From NCBI GenBank assembly GCA_902538225.1, contig CACBEF010000002.1, positions 96,563 through 160,562 on the forward strand: a DNA stretch of 64,000 nt, read 5' to 3'. The DNA comes from an uncultured Prochlorococcus sp. (GTDB lineage: Bacteria; Cyanobacteriota; Cyanobacteriia; PCC-6307; Cyanobiaceae). Below are positions 11,883 through 21,684 of the stretch, piece by piece. The translations under genes and the position numbers were made by a program. Each line of letters begins with the position of its first letter. The first letter of the stretch is position 1. The notes under the pieces were generated by a model, which did not search any database, was not told where the DNA came from, and saw only the letters and a list, made by a program, of their open reading frames with translations.

Positions 11883-13034
11883 ATGACAGATATAAAGGAA
11901 ATTAAATTAGTCGATGTAAAAAATAACTCAAACATCATAAATAATTTAAATAGTATTTATAAACTTTGGGGATATGAAGAGGTTTCACCCTCATTTATAA
12001 ATACTTTAGAAACCATAAAAGGCCGTGGCGTTATTGATGAAAATCAGGTTGTAGGAATAGTAAGTAATAATTCATTATGTCTAAGGCCAGAAATGACCAC
12101 ATCAATTGTTAAATTGTCATCTACTAGATTTATAAATAAGAAAAGACCTATAAGATTATTCACCAATGGAATGGTTTTTGATAAAAAACAAAATAATAAA
12201 AATTCATTTAAGTTACAAGAAAAATTGCAGAGTGGAATTGAATTAATTGGATATGATACAAAATACCCAGAAATTGAAGTTATTAATATTTTGTTTGATT
12301 CAATCGATAATATTAATTTGAAGGATGGTTGTAATTTATTTCTACTTGTAAGCACTACAAAAATAATGGACTTGATACTAAACAAATATAAGAATAATAA
12401 TTTTGAAGAAATTAAGAAAAGTCTGGTTAATTTTGATCAAGATAATTTATCTAAATTAGGAATAGATGAAGACGATAAATATATTCTTAAAGATCTTTTA
12501 TTCACAAGAGGAGAGCCAATTGCAATATTAAAAAAATTAAAAACTATATATGGTACCAGTAAAACATTAGATGACTTAAATTTTTTATTTGAAACATTAT
12601 CAAAAATATCAAAAAAATATGGTGTTAAATTACAACTTGATCCCACTTTTCAACCTCACTTGAATTTATATGAAGGAATAGTTTTTCAACTAATAGGGGA
12701 TAATGGTAAAAATAAAAGCGTCATCGCAAAAGGCGGAAGATATGATGAGTTAGTAAGATCATTTAGTCCCAATGAGAAAATATTTAATGGAATTGGATTT
12801 ACAATTTCAGTAGACATTTTAAGAAATTTAATTAAGGAAGAAAAGACAGATAAAAAAAAGATTTTATTGATGTTTAAAGATTCTTATTTGCTAGAAAAAG
12901 GTATGAATGAACAAAAAGTACAACAGAAAAAAGGAAATATTGCTGTCTTACATTTAAATCCATGTGATGACTTGGCTAAAGCCAATCAAATTATGAAAGA
13001 AAATAATTGTAGTGATATTTTGTGGGTTAAATAA
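11883..13034 (+). CDS. hisZ: ATP phosphoribosyltransferase regulatory subunit
   Basis: WGYEEV, LRPEMT, QSGIELIG, YEGIVF, GGRYD (HisRS-like paralogue, 383 aa). Confidence 0.85.
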   Translation: MTDIKEIKLVDVKNNSNIINNLNSIYKLWGYEEVSPSFINTLETIKGRGVIDENQVVGIVSNNSLCLRPEMTTSIVKLSSTRFINKKRPIRLFTNGMVFDKKQNNKNSFKLQEKLQSGIELIGYDTKYPEIEVINILFDSIDNINLKDGCNLFLLVSTTKIMDLILNKYKNNNFEEIKKSLVNFDQDNLSKLGIDEDDKYILKDLLFTRGEPIAILKKLKTIYGTSKTLDDLNFLFETLSKISKKYGVKLQLDPTFQPHLNLYEGIVFQLIGDNGKNKSVIAKGGRYDELVRSFSPNEKIFNGIGFTISVDILRNLIKEEKTDKKKILLMFKDSYLLEKGMNEQKVQQKKGNIAVLHLNPCDDLAKANQIMKENNCSDILWVK

Positions 13035-13152
13035 AACCTTTAAAAAATTAATTTAACTTTTAAATTCATATATTGTTCGGACAATACTCCTAATTAAACT
13101 TGATTAACTAGTTTTTACGAAATAAGATTTAATATGTTGGATTTTTTTTTAA

Positions 13153-15057
13153 ATGGAAAAAGGCGAAATTCGTATTAATACCGAAAATATTTTCCCAATT
13201 ATTAAGAAGGCAGTATATTCTGACCATGAAATCTTTTTAAGAGAACTTGTTAGTAATGGTGTTGACGCAATTAGTAAAAGAAGAATGGCCTCTATGGCAG
13301 GTGATTGCGAGAATACTGGGGAGGCTCAAGTAAAAATAACAATTAACCGTGAAAAAAATACGTTAACAATTTCCGACAATGGAATTGGAATGAATGATGA
13401 AGAAATTAAGAAGTACATAAATCAAGTTGCATTTTCTAGTGCTGAAGAATTCCTAACAAAATACAAAAAAGATAATGATGAATTCATAGGTCATTTTGGA
13501 CTAGGTTTTTATTCAAGTTTCATGGTGGCAGATAGAGTTGATATATTAACCAAGTCGGCAATTGGGGAATCAAAAGCTTTCAAATGGTCTTGTGATGGAT
13601 CGCCAAATTTCACGTTAGAGGAATCAGAAAGGGAGACAATTGGTACAGATGTTATTCTTCACCTACTTGAAGAAGAAAAAGAGTTTATCGAGCCTGAAAG
13701 GATTAAATCACTAATAAAAAAATATTGTGATTTTATGCCAATAGATGTCTTATTAGAAGGAGATACAATTAATAAGAAAAATCCTCCCTGGAGAAAACAA
13801 CCTAGTGAATTAAAAGATGAAGATTATATTGAGTTATATAAATACCTATATCCTTTCCAAGGAGATCCACTGTTTTGGATACATCTAAATACAGATTATC
13901 CATATGACATACAAGGGATTTTGTATTTTCCAAAGTTGTCAGGTAGAGCTGATTGGGAAAAAGGAGAAATAAAACTCTTTTGCAATCAAGTATTCGTAAG
14001 CGATTCAATTAAAGAGATAGTACCAAAATACCTTTTACCTCTAAGAGGAGTTATTGACTCTACAGATATACCCCTAAATGTTAGTCGAAGTGCATTACAA
14101 ACAGATAGAAAAGTAAGGTCTATATCATCATTTATCTCAAAAAAAATCGCTAATAAACTGAAGGATTTGATAAAAAATTCTTCAGAATTTTATGCAGAAA
14201 TTTGGGATTCAATCTCTGCTTTTATTAAAATTGGTGCTATCGAAGATGAAAAATTTGCTGATTTAGTCAATAACAGTATAATTTTCGAAACAATAATAAA
14301 TTCAGAGAAAGACGTAACTAAAGATATTGAAAATAAATCCCTCATCAAGTCCGATGATAAATATTTCACAACTCTCGCAAATTACAAAGAGCGAAATAAA
14401 TTAACTGATCCTAAAAAAATAATTTACTGTTCAGATTTGATTGCACAATCTAGTGCATTAAATATCTGTTTATCTGATAATAAAGAAGTTATTAAATCAG
14501 ATCCCCTAATTGACGCACAATTTCTTCCATGGTTGGAAAGTAAAAATGAAGATTATCAATTCCAAAGAGTAGATTCAGAAATAAATGAACTAGAAGATAA
14601 AGAATCAAAAGAAATTGTAGATAAGGATGGCAAATCAAATACAGATAATCTTAGAGATACGATAGTTAAGGCCCTTAACAATGAGAAAGTAACAGTTAAA
14701 GTGCAGTCACTTTCAAGTAAAGGTGCCCCACCAGCGATGATCTTGCTTCCAGAACAAATGAGAAGAATTAATGATATGGGCGCTTACATGGAACAAAAGA
14801 TGCCTGGCTTACCTGAATATCATGTGCTCTTGATTAACAAAGAACATCCACTTATTGTTGGTCTTAATAAAATTACAGGCAACAAAATAATTATTGATGA
14901 AAAAGATCCTATTCAGAATACATTGACATCTAAAATTGCTAATCATGTTTACGATATGGCCAAGCTTTCCGTTGGTGGATTAGATCAAGAACAGATAATT
15001 AATTTACAAAATAATAATGCCGAATTAATTTCAGAATTACTTAATTCAACAAATTGA
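13153..15057 (+). CDS. htpG: Hsp90 chaperone HtpG
   Basis: IFLRELVSN, DNGIGM, IGHFGLGFYSSF, PLNVSRS. Confidence 0.97.
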   Translation: MEKGEIRINTENIFPIIKKAVYSDHEIFLRELVSNGVDAISKRRMASMAGDCENTGEAQVKITINREKNTLTISDNGIGMNDEEIKKYINQVAFSSAEEFLTKYKKDNDEFIGHFGLGFYSSFMVADRVDILTKSAIGESKAFKWSCDGSPNFTLEESERETIGTDVILHLLEEEKEFIEPERIKSLIKKYCDFMPIDVLLEGDTINKKNPPWRKQPSELKDEDYIELYKYLYPFQGDPLFWIHLNTDYPYDIQGILYFPKLSGRADWEKGEIKLFCNQVFVSDSIKEIVPKYLLPLRGVIDSTDIPLNVSRSALQTDRKVRSISSFISKKIANKLKDLIKNSSEFYAEIWDSISAFIKIGAIEDEKFADLVNNSIIFETIINSEKDVTKDIENKSLIKSDDKYFTTLANYKERNKLTDPKKIIYCSDLIAQSSALNICLSDNKEVIKSDPLIDAQFLPWLESKNEDYQFQRVDSEINELEDKESKEIVDKDGKSNTDNLRDTIVKALNNEKVTVKVQSLSSKGAPPAMILLPEQMRRINDMGAYMEQKMPGLPEYHVLLINKEHPLIVGLNKITGNKIIIDEKDPIQNTLTSKIANHVYDMAKLSVGGLDQEQIINLQNNNAELISELLNSTN

Positions 15058-15096
15058 GTCATGTGTTAATATTTTTATAGATATAAATCAAAATAT

Positions 15097-15333
15097 ATGT
15101 CAAGAGTTTGCGAACTGACTGGTGCAAAAGCTAATAACGGGATGGCAGTGAGTCATTCACATATTCGTACAAAAAAATTGCAACAAGTTAATCTCCAAAA
15201 AAGGAGACTATGGTGGGATGAAGGCAAAAAATGGGTAAATATAAAAATAAGTACCAAAGCCCTAAAGTCTGTACAAAAAGTAGGTTTAGATAAATTTGCT
15301 AAATCAAATGGAGTTGATTTAAAAAAATTCTAA
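15097..15333 (+). CDS. rpmB: 50S ribosomal protein L28
   Basis: MSRVCELTG...VSHSHIRTK. Confidence 0.97.
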   Translation: MSRVCELTGAKANNGMAVSHSHIRTKKLQQVNLQKRRLWWDEGKKWVNIKISTKALKSVQKVGLDKFAKSNGVDLKKF

Positions 15334-15335
15334 AT

Positions 15336-15872
15336 TTGATGAGAAATTTAGTTGTAAGTATATTAATACCATTTATTCTTTTATTTAATTGTAATTCAGC
15401 CTTCTCTTTTGATTTTGCTCCTGAAGTTGGTGATTATGCTCCTAACTTTCAGTTAGAAGGTTTTAATAAAAACATAAAAACAAAAAAAACATGGGAATTA
15501 AGCAATTTTGAAGGTCAGTGGCTAGTTATGTATTTTTATCCAAAAGACTTTACAGCAGGTTGCACTCTTGAAGCTAAAGGTTTTTCGGAATTAAAAAAAG
15601 ATTTTTCAAAATATAATGCTGAAATTGTTGGCATTAGCGCTGATAATGAAAATACTCATGAAAGTTTCTGCAGCGAGAAATCCATAAACTACACTTTATT
15701 ATCAGATCCTAACGGAATTATTAGTGATAAATATGGTTCCTGGATTCCTCCATTCTCAGATAGAAATACTTTTTTGATTTCTCCAGATGGGAAAATTTCT
15801 TATAGATGGATAAGTGTTTTACCTATAAATCATGCTAAAGAAGTTCTCAATATTTTAAAGAAAAAAATATAA
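15336..15872 (+). CDS. Peroxiredoxin (BCP/PrxQ type) with N-terminal signal peptide
   Basis: YFYPKDFTAGCTLEA, GISAD, RNTFLI. Confidence 0.9.
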   Translation: MMRNLVVSILIPFILLFNCNSAFSFDFAPEVGDYAPNFQLEGFNKNIKTKKTWELSNFEGQWLVMYFYPKDFTAGCTLEAKGFSELKKDFSKYNAEIVGISADNENTHESFCSEKSINYTLLSDPNGIISDKYGSWIPPFSDRNTFLISPDGKISYRWISVLPINHAKEVLNILKKKI

Positions 15873-15876
15873 AATT

Positions 15877-16179
15877 TTGCACGAATTATCATTTGGAACT
15901 TGGTTAATACATATCTCATCAGTAATAGAATGGATTTTTGCCATATTAGTCATAAACAAAATTTCTACATATAAAAAATATAATTTATTTTTTTGGTTAA
16001 GCCTCGCTATGGTCCCAAACTTAATAGGTGCTATGTGTGCGATCACCTGGCATATCTATGACAACCAAGAAAATCTTTACGGTCTAGTATCACTTCAAGG
16101 AATATTTACATTTATAGGAAATTCAACATTAGCCTTAGCTGCAATAATAATTTTCAAAGGTAAACAGACTTATGAATGA
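15877..16179 (+). CDS. Ycf49/DUF2499-like membrane protein
   Basis: TWLIHISSVIEW, AMCAITWH motifs. Confidence 0.8.
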   Translation: MHELSFGTWLIHISSVIEWIFAILVINKISTYKKYNLFFWLSLAMVPNLIGAMCAITWHIYDNQENLYGLVSLQGIFTFIGNSTLALAAIIIFKGKQTYE

Positions 16180-16507
16180 TTTATTTTTTAAATTTATAGA
16201 AAAATTAGGTTCAATTGATAACACATTATTGTTCGCAGTATCAATAATTCCATATGCAATATTTTTGTTTTACTTATATAAAATCAAATTTGTTAATATT
16301 TTTGTAAAAACAGGATTTTCCTTAACTGTTTTATTCGTATTCATAACTATATTGGTATCTATCTTCACACTAAATTACTATGATAAAACCCTTGTTGAAG
16401 TTGACTTCCTGCATGGCTTTGCAGAATCCTTCCTAACTCTAAGTGATTTTGTTATTTTGTTTGGATTTATAAAGTTGTTAAATAGCTTAGAAGTAAACAA
16501 CTCTTAA
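16172..16507 (+). CDS. DUF3593-like membrane protein
   Basis: LFAVSIIPY..FL, VDFLHG.AESFLTLS; usual partner of DUF2499. Confidence 0.75.
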   Translation: MNDLFFKFIEKLGSIDNTLLFAVSIIPYAIFLFYLYKIKFVNIFVKTGFSLTVLFVFITILVSIFTLNYYDKTLVEVDFLHGFAESFLTLSDFVILFGFIKLLNSLEVNNS

Positions 16508-16573
16508 GACCTTTTACAATTTTGTGTTTTTTAGGTAAAAGTATTAGAGAATATATGAAAATAACGATTTTTT

Positions 16574-16834
16574 ATGTTTACTACATTATTTGCAGCTGCA
16601 GATCCAGCAACTTTTTCTTGGTCTCCAAAGTGTGCCGTCGTAATGATTGCATGTAATGTTTTTGCTTATGCAATTGCTAGAGCAACAATAAGAAAACCTA
16701 ATGAAGGTTTTGAAATACCTAATTCAAAATTCTATGGTGGTTTAAGTCACGCATCAGTTGTAGGTGCTAATTGCCTTGGTCATATTTTCGGGATTGGAGC
16801 AATCTTAGGATTAGCCTCACGTGGTGTTTTATAA
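16574..16834 (+). CDS. psaK: Photosystem I subunit PsaK
   Basis: WSPK..VMIACN...GHIFGIGAILGL. Confidence 0.92.
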   Translation: MFTTLFAAADPATFSWSPKCAVVMIACNVFAYAIARATIRKPNEGFEIPNSKFYGGLSHASVVGANCLGHIFGIGAILGLASRGVL

Positions 16835-16853
16835 AAATTTATTTATTAAATTT

Positions 16854-18743
16854 TTAATTATCTAACTTAAATTTCTTAACAATTTTATCTGCCATCTGAT
16901 CAGGCATAAGTCCTAATTTTTCTTTACTCTGGTCAGGTGAAGCATGATCAACTAAAACATCAGGTATACCTATTCTGTATACTGGAATGTTTATTTCATT
17001 ATCGTTAAATAATTCAACTATTGCGGAACCAAATCCACCTATTAGGGTTCCTTCTTCCATAGTTACAACTTTTTGAATCCTACTTGCCAAAGGCATAATA
17101 AGATTTTTATCGAGAGGTTTCACGAATCGTGCATTAACAATACATGCATTAATATTCATATTTTTTAGGATCTTTGCTGTTTCAATAGCTGATCCAACCA
17201 TTGATCCATAAGCAATAATTAAAATATCTTCTCCTTCTTCAAGAATTTCAGCCTCGCCTATATTTAAAGGTTCCCAACCCTCATCCATTACAGCCACTCC
17301 TAACCCAGAGCCTCTGGGTATTCTTAGTGCTGTAGGACCGTTATGGTTTATTGAAGTTATTAACATTCTCTGTAATTCAGACTCATCTTTTGGAGCCATC
17401 AATATAAAATTAGGTATAGATCTCATATAACTGATATCGTACTGACCTTGGTGAGTAGGACCGTCAGCTCCAACTATTCCAGCTCTATCAAGTACGAATG
17501 ATACAGGTAAATTTTGTATCCCTACATCATGAATTAATTGATCGAAAGCACGTTGAAGAAAAGTACTATAAATAGCTACAACAGGTTTAAGACCATCGCA
17601 CGACATACCTGCCGCAAGAGTAACTGCATGTTGTTCTGCTATTCCTACATCGATATATTGGTCTGGAATATTTCTTTGCAATATATCTAAACCAGTACCT
17701 GTAGCCATTGCAGCAGTAATGCCAACGACTTTGCTATCTTGTTCACATATTTTCAATAAGGTTTGACCAAATATTTTACTATAACTAACAGGCTTAGGTT
17801 TCTTTGATGGAATAGATTTCCCAGTAGTCAGATCAAATGCAGACTGTGCATGATATCCTACCTGGTCAGCTTCTGCATAAGGATAACCCTTCCCTTTTGT
17901 TGTGACAACATGAACAAGTACAGGTTTTTTAAGTTTATGAGCAGCGTTAAAAGTATTAACTAAATTTCCAATATCATGACCGTCAATTGGACCCATATAT
18001 GTAAAGCCAAGTTCTTCAAAAACAGCACCAACCTTAGGCACAGCCAATCGTCTAACGCTTCCCTTAATATTTTTCAATTCTTCTGGTATATCCTTACCAA
18101 TTATGGGAATATTTTTTACACTTTCTTGAACACTATCGGATAAAAATTTCAATGGCGGACTAACTCTTACCTTATTTAAGTAAGATGAAAGGGCTCCAAC
18201 TGGAGGTGAAATAGACATATCATTATCGTTTAATACAACAACTAAAGGAGTATTTGGTAAGTGTCCTGCATGATTTATAGCTTCTAATGCCATTCCTCCA
18301 GTTAATGCTCCATCTCCAATAACAGCAACACATTTATAATTCTCACCTTTTCTGTCTCTTGCTATTGCCATTCCTAAAGCAGCAGAAATAGAAGTGCTTG
18401 CATGTCCAGCACCAAAATGATCAAATTTACTTTCACTTCTTTTTAGATATCCAGCTACTCCATTTTGTTGTCTAAGGGAATCAAATTGACTGAAACGTCC
18501 TGTTATTAATTTATGAGGATAACCTTGATGTCCTACATCCCAAACAACTTTATCGAAATCTAGATCAAGAGTTTGATATAAAGCCAATGTAAGCTCAACT
18601 ACACCTAAACCAGGGCCAAGATGTCCACCACTAGTAGATACTACTTGAAGGTGTCTTTCTCTAATTTGACAAGCAATTTCCTCTAATTGTGAAACTGTTA
18701 AGCCAAGAAGTTGATTCGGATGACTTAACTCACTTAAAAGCAT
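16854..18743 (-). CDS. dxs: 1-deoxy-D-xylulose-5-phosphate synthase
   Basis: [35 protein letters not shown]. Confidence 0.97.
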   Translation of the reverse strand: MLLSELSHPNQLLGLTVSQLEEIACQIRERHLQVVSTSGGHLGPGLGVVELTLALYQTLDLDFDKVVWDVGHQGYPHKLITGRFSQFDSLRQQNGVAGYLKRSESKFDHFGAGHASTSISAALGMAIARDRKGENYKCVAVIGDGALTGGMALEAINHAGHLPNTPLVVVLNDNDMSISPPVGALSSYLNKVRVSPPLKFLSDSVQESVKNIPIIGKDIPEELKNIKGSVRRLAVPKVGAVFEELGFTYMGPIDGHDIGNLVNTFNAAHKLKKPVLVHVVTTKGKGYPYAEADQVGYHAQSAFDLTTGKSIPSKKPKPVSYSKIFGQTLLKICEQDSKVVGITAAMATGTGLDILQRNIPDQYIDVGIAEQHAVTLAAGMSCDGLKPVVAIYSTFLQRAFDQLIHDVGIQNLPVSFVLDRAGIVGADGPTHQGQYDISYMRSIPNFILMAPKDESELQRMLITSINHNGPTALRIPRGSGLGVAVMDEGWEPLNIGEAEILEEGEDILIIAYGSMVGSAIETAKILKNMNINACIVNARFVKPLDKNLIMPLASRIQKVVTMEEGTLIGGFGSAIVELFNDNEINIPVYRIGIPDVLVDHASPDQSKEKLGLMPDQMADKIVKKFKLDN

Positions 18744-18859
18744 TTAACAAAAATTGGTATCTATCTAATCTAAAACGTCGAGGTGCAAAATGAGTATTTT
18801 TTTGGAAATAGATCATGTAATGTTTTATTAGATTAATAATTAATGCTAAAAATATATAT

Positions 18860-20401
18860 ATGAATGATTATTTTGAAAAAATACTTCAAGCTGAAGTCTA
18901 TGAAGTAGCAAAAAAAACGCCTCTTGAAAAAGCTCATAATTTAAGTAATAAACTTAATAATGAAGTTTTTCTAAAAAGAGAAGATCTTCAAGATGTATTT
19001 TCATTCAAAGTAAGAGGTGCATATAACAAAATGAGTAAGCTCACCAATTCTCAGCTCTCTCAGGGAGTAATTACTTCTAGTGCTGGTAATCATGCTCAAG
19101 GTGTTGCTCTTAGTGCTCTCAAGCTAAATTGCCAAGCGACAATATTAATGCCCATTACAACACCTCTTGTAAAAGTTAATGCTGTGAAAAAGTTAAAAGC
19201 AAAAGTTATATTATTTGGTGATAATTATGATGAAACTTACAAAGAAGCAATAAGGATTAGCCATGAAAGAAATTTATGTTTTATTCATCCTTTTGATGAT
19301 CCAGATGTAATAGCAGGACAAGGAACTATAGCGATTGAACTTGAACAGCAACTAAAGGAAAAACCCTATGCAATTTATATTGCTGTTGGTGGTGGTGGAT
19401 TGATATCAGGAATTTCTTTGTATATTAAAAATATATGGCCTGAAGTAAAAATAATTGGGGTAGAGCCTGTAGATTCAGACGCTATGACTAAATCTTTGGA
19501 AGAATCAAAAATTGTGGAATTATCTTCTGTTGGTCAATTTGCAGATGGAGTTGCGGTTAAAAAAATTGGTAAAAATACTTTTGATATTGGCAGAAAATAT
19601 ATAGATAAGATGATTACCGTTAATACTGATGAAATATGTGCAGCTATAAAAGATGTTTTTGAGGATACTAGATCAATACTAGAGCCTGCAGGAGCATTAT
19701 CAATTGCAGGTATGAAAAAAGATATTTTAAATTCGAATCATTCAAATAGAAAAATGGTTGCGATTGCATGTGGTGCAAATATGAATTTTGAGCGACTTAG
19801 ATTTGTCGCAGAAAGAGCAGAACTTGGTGAGTGTAAAGAAGTAATGATGGCTGTTGAAATTCCTGAACGTGCTGGAAGTTTAATTGATTTTTGTAAGTTA
19901 CTTGATAATAGAAATTTAACTGAATTTAGCTACAGGATGTCGAATTCTAAGAATGCACAGATCTTTGTAGGAGTTCAAGTCTATGGATTTAATGATAAAA
20001 AAAATCTTTTAAATTTATTTAGTAATTCGGAGTACTCATTCATTGACATAAGTGATGATGAATTATCTAAAAATCATCTAAGACATATGGTTGGTGGAAG
20101 ATTACCAAAGAATTTTAAAGAAATGGATAATAGAAACTTTGTAGAGCTTTTATACAGATTTGAGTTCCCTGAAAGACCTGGCGCATTAATAAACTTCTTA
20201 AATAATATGAAATCTAATTGGTCTATAAGCGTATTTCACTATAGGAATTATGGAGCTGATGTTGGGAAAATTGTTATCGGAGTTTTAATCGATAAAAATG
20301 AGATTTTAGAGTGGAATAAATTTGTAAGAATTCTAGGCTATAAATTTTGGGATGAAACTCAAAACGATACATATAGATTATTCCTTGGTGCATCAGACTA
20401 A
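18860..20401 (+). CDS. ilvA: Biosynthetic threonine ammonia-lyase
   Basis: FSFKVRGA, SAGNHAQG, GGGGL, two ACT-like domains (PERAG, FPERPGAL). Confidence 0.96.
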   Translation: MNDYFEKILQAEVYEVAKKTPLEKAHNLSNKLNNEVFLKREDLQDVFSFKVRGAYNKMSKLTNSQLSQGVITSSAGNHAQGVALSALKLNCQATILMPITTPLVKVNAVKKLKAKVILFGDNYDETYKEAIRISHERNLCFIHPFDDPDVIAGQGTIAIELEQQLKEKPYAIYIAVGGGGLISGISLYIKNIWPEVKIIGVEPVDSDAMTKSLEESKIVELSSVGQFADGVAVKKIGKNTFDIGRKYIDKMITVNTDEICAAIKDVFEDTRSILEPAGALSIAGMKKDILNSNHSNRKMVAIACGANMNFERLRFVAERAELGECKEVMMAVEIPERAGSLIDFCKLLDNRNLTEFSYRMSNSKNAQIFVGVQVYGFNDKKNLLNLFSNSEYSFIDISDDELSKNHLRHMVGGRLPKNFKEMDNRNFVELLYRFEFPERPGALINFLNNMKSNWSISVFHYRNYGADVGKIVIGVLIDKNEILEWNKFVRILGYKFWDETQNDTYRLFLGASD

Positions 20402-20461
20402 ATTTAAGGTAAATTAGGAAAGATTTCGGTAATTAAAATCAATCAATCTGATCTAAAAACC

Positions 20462-20974
20462 ACGCCAATATCTGATATAGATCTAGTTACTAAAGTTGAA
20501 GCTGTTCTATATTTGAAAGGAAGACCAATAACAAAAAAGGATCTTTCTGAAATTACAAATTCTGATATAAACTCAATAAATCATGCAATTAAAGATCTAA
20601 AAAATAAATACTCTAATCCCAACTCAGCTATTGAATTAAATGCAGTTAATAACAGTTTTTCTCTCGAACTAAAATCTAGTCTTAATGAATTCGTCGATGA
20701 TTTACTTCCTTCTGATTTGAAAACATCCGAATTAAGGACATTGGCTACTATTGCGATCAAAAAAAAGATCCTACAATCGGATCTTATACTTCTTAGAGGT
20801 TCTGGTGCTTATGATCATATTAAAGAATTATTAGAAAAGAAATTTATCGTCAAACGAAAGCAAAAAGATGGTAGATCATATTGGTTATCATTATCAGAAA
20901 AGTTTTTTCAAACTTTTGCTGTAACCAATGAATATCTCTCAAATATTGGAAGCAGTAATAATAAGCAGCAATAA
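20462..20974 (+). CDS. scpB: SMC-Scp complex subunit ScpB (start uncertain; first canonical start is TTG at 20513)
   Basis: In-frame KVEAVLYL upstream of 20513; LRTLATIA, RGSGAYDHIKEL. Confidence 0.85.
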   Translation, partial: TPISDIDLVTKVEAVLYLKGRPITKKDLSEITNSDINSINHAIKDLKNKYSNPNSAIELNAVNNSFSLELKSSLNEFVDDLLPSDLKTSELRTLATIAIKKKILQSDLILLRGSGAYDHIKELLEKKFIVKRKQKDGRSYWLSLSEKFFQTFAVTNEYLSNIGSSNNKQQ

Positions 20975-21012
20975 TAAGTAAATGTTAGGATATATTAAAT
21001 TACCACAAGATA

Positions 21013-21291
21013 ATGTTATCTGAGATTTTTGCAGTTCTGGGCCAAACTTTATCAATTTATTCTTTTATATTGATAATAAGAATTTTACTTACATGGTTTC
21101 CAGGTATTGATTGGAGTAACGGTGTTTTATCTGCATTAACTTCTATCACAGATCCTTATTTAAACATTTTTAGAGGTATTATCCCTCCAATAGGTGGATT
21201 TGATATTTCATCCTTATTAGCTTTTTTACTTTTAAATGTTATACAAAATTTAATTACAAATCTCCAGTATGCAAGCTTAGGTTATAACTGA
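21013..21291 (+). CDS. YggT/YlmG family membrane protein
   Basis: RILLTWFP, TDPYLNIFRGIIPPIGGFDIS. Confidence 0.92.
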   Translation: MLSEIFAVLGQTLSIYSFILIIRILLTWFPGIDWSNGVLSALTSITDPYLNIFRGIIPPIGGFDISSLLAFLLLNVIQNLITNLQYASLGYN

Positions 21292-21293
21292 AC

Positions 21294-21623
21294 TTATCTA
21301 TCATCTCCAGAACCTCTTATCTTTCCTTTAGCAGCTCTTAATTTTAATTTTTCGAGGTTTTGTAATGCAACATCCTCTAAATTGAAATTTAATTCTGTAC
21401 AAAGATTTGATATATACCACAAAACATCTCCTAACTCTTTTTTAATACCCAATTTTGATTCGTTATCAAATATTCCATTATTATCTCTTATAACCTTTTT
21501 CACTTTTTCTGCCACCTCACCAGCCTCTCCAACTAAACCAAGAGTTGGATAAATATTATTTGAGCCTAAATCTGGATATTGTGCTGTTTCTCTAGCTTTT
21601 TTCTGATAAGTTTTAAAATCCAT
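21294..21623 (-). CDS. MazG-like nucleotide pyrophosphohydrolase
   Basis: LGLVGEAGEV, KELGDVLWY, GSGDDR. Confidence 0.88.
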   Translation of the reverse strand: MDFKTYQKKARETAQYPDLGSNNIYPTLGLVGEAGEVAEKVKKVIRDNNGIFDNESKLGIKKELGDVLWYISNLCTELNFNLEDVALQNLEKLKLRAAKGKIRGSGDDR

Positions 21624-21684
21624 GACTTAAATAACTAACTTTGGGTATGGTAAATTTATTTATATCTAGCAATATTATCTATAT

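Noticed and set aside
21294-21623. MazG-like gene as a phage or defence remnant
   Set aside because: It sits among core genes with host-like composition, with no toxin-antitoxin or phage neighbours.
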